From Octopus vulgaris (lineage: Eukaryota): a DNA stretch of 64,000 nt. Each line of letters starts with the position of its first letter. The first letter of the stretch is position 1. The notes under the pieces were generated by a model. The model ran no database searches and had not been told where the DNA came from. It saw only the letters and a program-made list of their open reading frames with translations. Made by a program: the position numbers and the translations under genes. The stretch is from contig OX597815.1 in NCBI GenBank assembly GCA_951406725.2, positions 45,446,001 to 45,510,000 on the forward strand. The letters are read 5' to 3'. Below, one piece after another: positions 1 to 64,000 of this stretch.

Positions 1-1100
1 TGTTGCTTAATATGTTTTGCTAAAATTGCTGTTTCTTTTCGGATATCATCAGAAAAAGGTAATTAAAATTCATTAAAATGACATCTATGGGACTTTCAAA
101 GAGGTCAAATTGCTGGTACTTGTATGGCAGGCACTAGCATAATGAAAACAGCCGAAATGTTTGGTGTATCAAGAAGTACTGTCTCAAAAGTAATGATAGC
201 CTTTGAGAAAGAGGGAAAAATCTCATCAAAACAAAACCAAAACTGTCAGACTCTTACATGAATTGTTAGAAAGGCTCCCAAAATTACTGCAGAGTGTAAT
301 GACCACCTCGAGAACCCAGTTTCTACAAAAACTGCACAAAGCTGGATTTCATGGGAGGGCTGCAATCAGAAAAACAACTACTTTCAAAAACAAATATTGT
401 GAAGCATTTAGAGTGAAGAGAACACCTACAGAATTGGTCCCTAGAGCAGTAGAAGTATGTTATTTTCTTGGACAAGTCATCCATTACCTTATTTCCAACC
501 ACCAACCAAGTATACGTGTGGAGACAGCCAAAAGAAGCATTTAACCCAGGCTGCCTTTTCCAACTGTTAAACATGGAGGAGTATCTGTGATAATCTGGAG
601 GACTATATCTTGGAAATTTGCCAGTCCAATGGTTTCCCTTCATGGCAGAATTAATAGTCAAGACTATTTAAGCATTTTATCTGATCAAATTTATCCTATG
701 GTTGCCGAACTGTTTCCAGAGGGAAACACAATCTTTTAGGATGATAATGCACCAATTCACACAGCTAAAGTTGTTACTGAATGACACGAGGAACATTCTA
801 GTGAAATTGAACATATTATCTGGCCACCACAGTCTCCAGATCTCAATATTATTGAACATTTATGGTGCATTTTAGAAAAACAAGCAAGCAGTCGATATCC
901 TCCACTGTCATCACTACAAGAACTGGAAACTGTTTTAGCTGAAGAATGGACAAAAATTCCTTTGGAAACAATTCAGACTTTGTACGAGTCCATACCTCAT
1001 AGAATCCAAGCTGTAATTACTGCCAAAGGTGGTCCTACCCCATATTAAAATAAATTTGTTTGAAATTTTAAGGTGTTTCCATTATTTTGTCCAACCCCTG
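1..1100 (+). mobile_element. Degenerate Tc1-family (DD34E) DNA transposon, 5' end outside the window
   Basis: Frameshifted and stop-interrupted transposase with F*DDNAPIH and WPPQSPDLNIIEHLW; 3' TIR ...ATTTTGTCCAACCCCTG followed by TA. Confidence 0.88.
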
Positions 1101-1554
1101 TATATATAAACAGCTAGGTGCAATATAAAACCATAAAGACAAAATTTACTCATCACTAATTTTGAATGAGGGTGCTGAAGCACCTATATTCCAAATAATA
1201 AGAGTTAAAAACTCTTGATGCTGTATATATAATGCAGTGTATATTGTGCCCTTCATACAGCACTGAGTCTTTAGCTCTTATTTCTTGCAATATAGGTGCT
1301 TGGACAACCTCAATCACAATTAGTGACGGTCTATATATAAATGTGTGTCTGTGTTTGTGACCTCCTTCAGTCATGAATGACCATGGGATTGCACCTAGAA
1401 AGTTACCGTCCGAGGCACAAGTCTAGGCAAGGTTGTTTATGGAAGACCAGCAGTCACCCAAGCATACCAGCATCCCCTCTCCATGCCACCAATGTTATTC
1501 AAGGGAAAGACAAAAGGGCCGATACAGCTTGGCACGAGTGACATCACAGCTCAT

Positions 1555-1865
1555 TTATTAACGTACAAGTGGCTGAGCACTCCACAGACATGTGTACTTT
1601 TAATATAGTTCTTGGGGAGATTCAGCATGACACAGAGTGTGACAAGGCTGGCCCTTTGAAATACAGGTACAACAGAAACAGTTAGAAAGAGTGAGAGAAA
1701 GTTGTGGTGAAAGAGTATAACAGGGGTCCCCCCCCCTCCTGCCGGAGCCTCGTGGAGCTTTAGGCGTTTTCGCTCAATAAACACTCAATGCCCGGTCTGG
1801 GAATCAAAACCATGATCCTACAACCGCGAGTCCACTGCCCTAACCACTAGGTCATTGTGCCTCCA
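1555..1865 (-). mobile_element. tRNA-derived SINE (same family as 60477-60832 and related to 50529-50847)
   Basis: tRNA-like head GGAGGCACAATGACCTAGTGGTTAGG...TTGATTCC and a body shared with other copies in the window. Confidence 0.75.
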
Positions 1866-1901
1866 TGTGTGTCTGTGTGTATATATATATATATATATAT
1901 A

Positions 1902-2220
1902 GGCACAGGGATGGCTGTATGGTAAGAAGCTTGCTTCCCAACAATATGGCATCTTGCATGCCACCTTGGAAAATGTCTTCTACAATAGCCTCAACCAAAG
2001 CCTTGTGAGTGGATTTGGTACATAGAAACTGAAAGAAGTCCATTGTATATAGTGTGTGTGCGTGACAACTGGTGTTGGTGCTTTTATGTCCATGTAACTT
2101 AATAGTTCAGCAAAGGAGACTAATAAAATAAGTACCAGACTTGAAAAGGAAAGTACTGGGGTCAATTTAGTTTCACTGAAATTCCTAAGGCTGGGTCCAG
2201 TGGCTGAAACAAGTACAAGG
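1902..2220 (+). mobile_element. tRNA-derived SINE, family B (GGCTGTGTGGTAAGAAGC...CCAAAGCCTTGTGAGTGGATTTGGTAGA); other copies 9090-9238(-), 22028-22413(+), 22623-22705(-), ~54615-54780(+), ~59935-60035(+), 63775-64000(+)
   Basis: Repeated many times in the window with A/B-box-like head and shared body and tail. Confidence 0.75.
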
Positions 2221-3250
2221 TAATACATATATATATATATATAATAATAAATGTTAAGCCAAGTCAGTTGTGGTGTATATATAGAGAGACATATATACGA
2301 GTTTATTGATGAAAATAAAACAACAAAAATATAAACTCCAATCATGATTAAAATAGCAAATTCCAATATTTTGACTTTTTTTCAGTTCTCTATCCACGTT
2401 GACTATCTCTGCAGAATGCATGGCTGAAAGATGCAACGACTGATGCAAATGAGAGCCAGTTATTTTGACGATCATATATGTTAATTACTTGCTGATGATG
2501 TGAGAAAAATAGGTGTTTTCATTTTTTCTTCTCTTTTTTAAATCTTCATGAATATATAACAGCTAATATTTGAACAGTGAAATTTACAAAATAGATGGAC
2601 TTTGTAAGGATTTAAGAATGATATATCTCAGGCAACCAGTAGCTTTTGATTATTTGCACTATAACTCTCTAGCTGCTTTGTATAGTCTCCAGTAAGACAA
2701 TCTTCAACCACAGAAATATCAGACAAAAAATGTTGACATGTATTGTCTCAACTTTACATGACATACACATGAAGCATACAAAAATATGGTCAAGCTATTT
2801 GTTTGTTTAACATGTATAACAGAGAAAGACTGGAATTCTTTCATGAATTCCTAAAAACATCCATTTTCCTTTTTTCTTTTTCAGGGAGAGATAAGTGAAA
2901 AAAATAGATTAAAATTAATACAAATAATAATAAAAAAAACTTTGGCCTAACAACTTATTCAAATGGGTCTCATCAGTAAAAACTACCTCAATTTCTAGAG
3001 CTTTCTTTTAGAGTACAAAGATCAGTTTCAGTAACTTCTTTCATGCACACATTCAGTTAGCGAGGAATTGCAAGATGACTTTGATCTCAGTACTTTATTA
3101 GCATTTTTTTATATTGATCACAAAGGTTACATGCAGAGCGACTCCTGCACGATTTTAATTCATAACAGCGAGATTAGTTACTTTGCTACGATGTCTGTAT
3201 TGGTTTTGTAAAAATTGTATTAAACATCATGCCTGCTTCTTAAATCAAAC

Positions 3251-3500
3251 GTGTGTGTCAGTAGTGATATCCTACAAGGTACTGTGTTGGGCCCACCCCT
3301 CTTCATTATTTACATCAACAACATAGTGGACGTCATCAAAGATTCTACATTGAAAATCTTTGTGGATGATTCCAAAACCCAGAAAGCCATAAACAGCATG
3401 AGAGACCGAACATGCCTTCAGTCAGATCTGTTTGCTATTGGCCAATGGGTAGGGAAAAAAAAAATATGCTTTTAAATGAAGATAAGTTTGATTTGATCCA
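3251..3500 (+). mobile_element. Old CR1-group LINE reverse transcriptase fragment
   Basis: ORF 3251..3475 has QGTVLGPPLFIIYIN...FVDDSK...LQSDL, a degenerate RT domain 4-5 segment. Confidence 0.75.
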
Positions 3501-5668
3501 CTTTGGAAAGAGGAAACTCTGAAATTATCTTTGCTCTTGAAAGCTGGTATTATGCTTACAGGATATTTGTTACTCAGAGAGAATGAGATAGAAAAGAATG
3601 GGTAAAAATTACTGAAAGAAAACAAAAAGGAACATGAGAAGAAAATAGAGCAAGGTGAGAAGCTTAAGAATTACAGAAAGGGGGCAAAAATAAACCCCAT
3701 CATTTTTCATAGTTTACTATTGTTAGTGCATGCAAGCATATGTGTACACACACCTGATTATCATCATTGCCATCATCATTTAACATCCCTTTTTCCATGT
3801 TGATATGGATTAGATAGTTCAGTATGAACTGATGAGCTAAAGCTGTGCCAAACTCCAATGTCTGTTTCGGAATGGTTTCTACAGCTGAACGCAATTTTTA
3901 ATGCAAACCATTTCACAAAAGTGTACTGGGTGCTTTTTCCTTTTTTTTTGTGACACCAATACTGGTGAGGTTACTAAGTACCTGCCAGACAAGAGTGAGG
4001 TATAGTATTGAGGTATATGAAAGTATATGGAAATACAGGAAAAAGTATCTTGCTGAAGAGGTGAATGCATGGCTTCAGCATCTGCAAAGAGCAGGAGAGA
4101 TGTGAAGTCAAGGTACAAGGTGAATATGACATAACAGAATATGATACAGGACAGAGGAGCAGAAAAGGTAGGTAGGCACATATATAACTGTTTTTAATTT
4201 GACTGGCAGCAGCTGATGAAATTAAGTAACTGGAATATCTAAATGTTCTATGAGGTAATCTGTGGTAAAAAAATCTATATTTTCTCATGCATATTTGAAG
4301 GCCATTCATCACATCTGGTTGACTGATTCACACAGAGTCATTCCACCCACTAACTCTTGACTCATTTGTATACCTGGCTTACACGAACAAAAACTATATT
4401 ACCTGGTTACATGTGTCTCATATATGTAATTACACACACATATGTATGTTGCCAGTCTGCTTTCATTTAGATATCCAATTACTTTGATATTCCTACAGTT
4501 TTATTTAAACAGATAAGACAAATTGTAAGAGACATTCAGAGGTTAATGACATCACAGTCAATACTAGCTTCTCATAATTATATGCTGTATTTACTCCTTG
4601 TGTAAATCAATAGAGATTTTGCTCAGAAAGTTTGGGACATTGCATTAAAAACAATTGCATTGATTGACATACTAGCTGCATAAGTAACTACCAAGCTGTT
4701 GCTATATTCAGTAATCAAAAAGGGACAGAGTTCAAATCCTGCTGGAATCGACTAAGTTTTGAAAACTCCAATGTAGTTAAATAAATTTGGCAGAACTGTT
4801 AGGATATCAAACAATATACCTTTCAGTATTAAGTTATGGCTCTTTGAGTTCAATTCCTACTGAGATCAATTTTGTCTTTTATTCCTCCAGAGATTAAATT
4901 TTGTCTACACTGAAACATGAAACTACCTGTTCAACAGATAAAAAAACAAAATAGTTTAAGCCTAAAAACCAGTGTAAATGCACCCAACATTTTTATACAG
5001 TTGCAATCCACTTCTGTTCCTAAAACAAACCCTCTATTCCTAGACAAGATCTACTGTCAAAAAATGTAAAAATTGTTTTAGAACATCATTACCAACTGAA
5101 AATTCGTTAATTTTTTTTCTTCAAATGTAATATTATACAAAAAGAAAAAAAAACTAATTTTAAATGCAACAAAAAAGAAAAGGATAAAATCCTTTTGTCC
5201 AGAGCCACAAACTTACGAGATCATGAATATACAACATAGAAATACATATATACAGATACACACACACACACACACATATATATTTGCACTTGAAGGTACA
5301 TGAAATATTTGGTTCACAATTGTAACTTTAATTCGCAGTGGTGCCATTGTTTCCTTGATTACGATGCTTTATTCATTTCACATTGCTCCAGTCCATTCAG
5401 CAAAGCAAAAATAAGTGGCACTTGTATTTCATAGCACCAGCCTTGTCATATTCCATGTTTCACTGAATCTCCCTAAGAACTATATTAAAGGTACGTGTGT
5501 CTATGGAGTGCTCAACCACTTTCATGAGCAGGTTGTTCCACTTATCAGCTCAACTAGAACCCTCGTCGTCATCATAACTGACAGAGTGCCAGTTATACAT
5601 ACATATATATATATATATTTGTACATACATATACATAAGTGTGAGTGTATGTATATATACATACATAC

Positions 5669-5699
<31 letters not shown>

Positions 5700-5702
<3 letters not shown>

Positions 5703-5839
5703 CAAAATAAGCAACAAGGATATCCTCTGGATACCCTTGTTGCTTATTTTGATTGTAATCACCCCATTTTGAATTATATGGATAATACCATACTAAATTC
5801 TGGTGCCTTTAACTTAAGTAACGTATCCAACTGAATCTA
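5700..5839 (+). mobile_element. 5'-truncated Penelope-type pseudo-LTR tail with a fold-back hairpin at its 5' end, inside (TA)n
   Basis: 5724-5839 is closely similar to 46031-46146, the tail after the hammerhead at 45940. 5700-5754 is a 26-bp inverted repeat with one mismatch and a 3-nt loop. Confidence 0.7.
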
Positions 5840-5859
5840 ATTTTTACTGAACTTATATA

Positions 5860-5945
<86 letters not shown>

Positions 5946-6105
5946 TGTGCATAAATGGGTGTATTTATACACACACACAATATTACAAAACAGGGAAAAG
6001 AAAATAGACAGATTGTCATTGCATAATGGTATAAAATAAAACTTCAATCTAAGGAAAAAAAAATTATAAAATGTCAGGCCCACTAACAAAAAAATGTAGT
6101 TTCTT

Positions 6106-6135
6106 TTTATTTATATACAAATATTAAATTTTATT
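6106..6135 (-). promoter_or_regulatory. Candidate polyadenylation signals (AATAAA at 6130-6135 and 6106-6111) for the SLC5A gene
   Basis: Two AATAAA hexamers 135-165 nt downstream of the stop; the AT-rich context makes chance occurrence plausible. Confidence 0.3.
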
Positions 6136-6268
6136 TGTAGCAAATGCACTACAAAATTAATACTGTTATGTAACAAAATATACAAGAACCTGTTAGAAAA
6201 ACACTTAATCAAATACTTAAAAAAAATTAATATAAATGCTCCCACTGCATCTAAGCATAATGAATAAA

Positions 6269-63488
<57,220 letters not shown>

Positions 63489-64000
63489 CTAAACATAAAA
63501 AAATCATAACATTTTAGGAATCGAGAATGCTGAATAAAATAAAAATAAATACCCCTGTTAAAACATTCAATTCAATAAGTTCATGCTTTTTAATTCAGTT
63601 AGTCAGCATATAATTCAGATTTTTATTGGTCCCAGATGATGAAAATCTTCCGTACTGCACACCAACCAGCATTTTCATTCTTATAGTAGCATTTCATAGC
63701 ACTTGTCTTTTCTAACCTGAACAACATCAATACACTAACATATAAAGTTATATATACTTCTTCAGAAAAAAACTTGGTGTGGCTGTGTGGTAAGGCGCTT
63801 ACTTCCCAACCACATGGTTCCAGGTTCAATCCCACTACATAGCACCTTGGGCAAATGTATTTTACTATAGCCTCAGGCTGACCAAAGCCTCATGAATGCA
63901 TTTGGCAGACAGAAACTGAAAGAAACCCATTGTGTGTGTGTTTGTGTTAGTCTCCCACCACCGCTTGATAACTGGTGTTGGTATGTTTACGTCCCCATAA

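Overview
Eukaryotic, AT-rich and repeat-dense DNA. The SINE and RTE repeat families resemble those of octopus, but this is an inference and was not database-checked. Almost the whole window lies inside one minus-strand SLC5A (SGLT-type sodium/sugar cotransporter) gene. I resolved ten GT-AG exons with consistent phases between 63488 and the stop at 6269. They correspond to human SGLT1 exons 4, 5 and 8-15. Exons 1-3 lie beyond the right edge, and the exon 6-7 equivalents were not found and probably sit in the N gap at 42452-42551. The introns hold Tc1/mariner relics, hAT, piggyBac and Helentron-type MITEs, tRNA-derived SINEs, RTE and R4/Dong LINE fragments, two young copies of a CR1-group LINE embedded in multi-kb (TA)n arrays, and a Neptune-like Penelope element with a GIY-YIG domain. 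The most striking unannotated signal is a set of eight type-I hammerhead ribozyme motifs of several different sequence families, on both strands, each a short distance upstream of a (TA)n tract. They include a ~380-bp near-perfect palindrome carrying a hammerhead in each polarity (27407-27789) and a 107-bp island between TA arrays that is almost nothing but a hammerhead (33807-33913). The long YI-rich ORFs are microsatellite artefacts.
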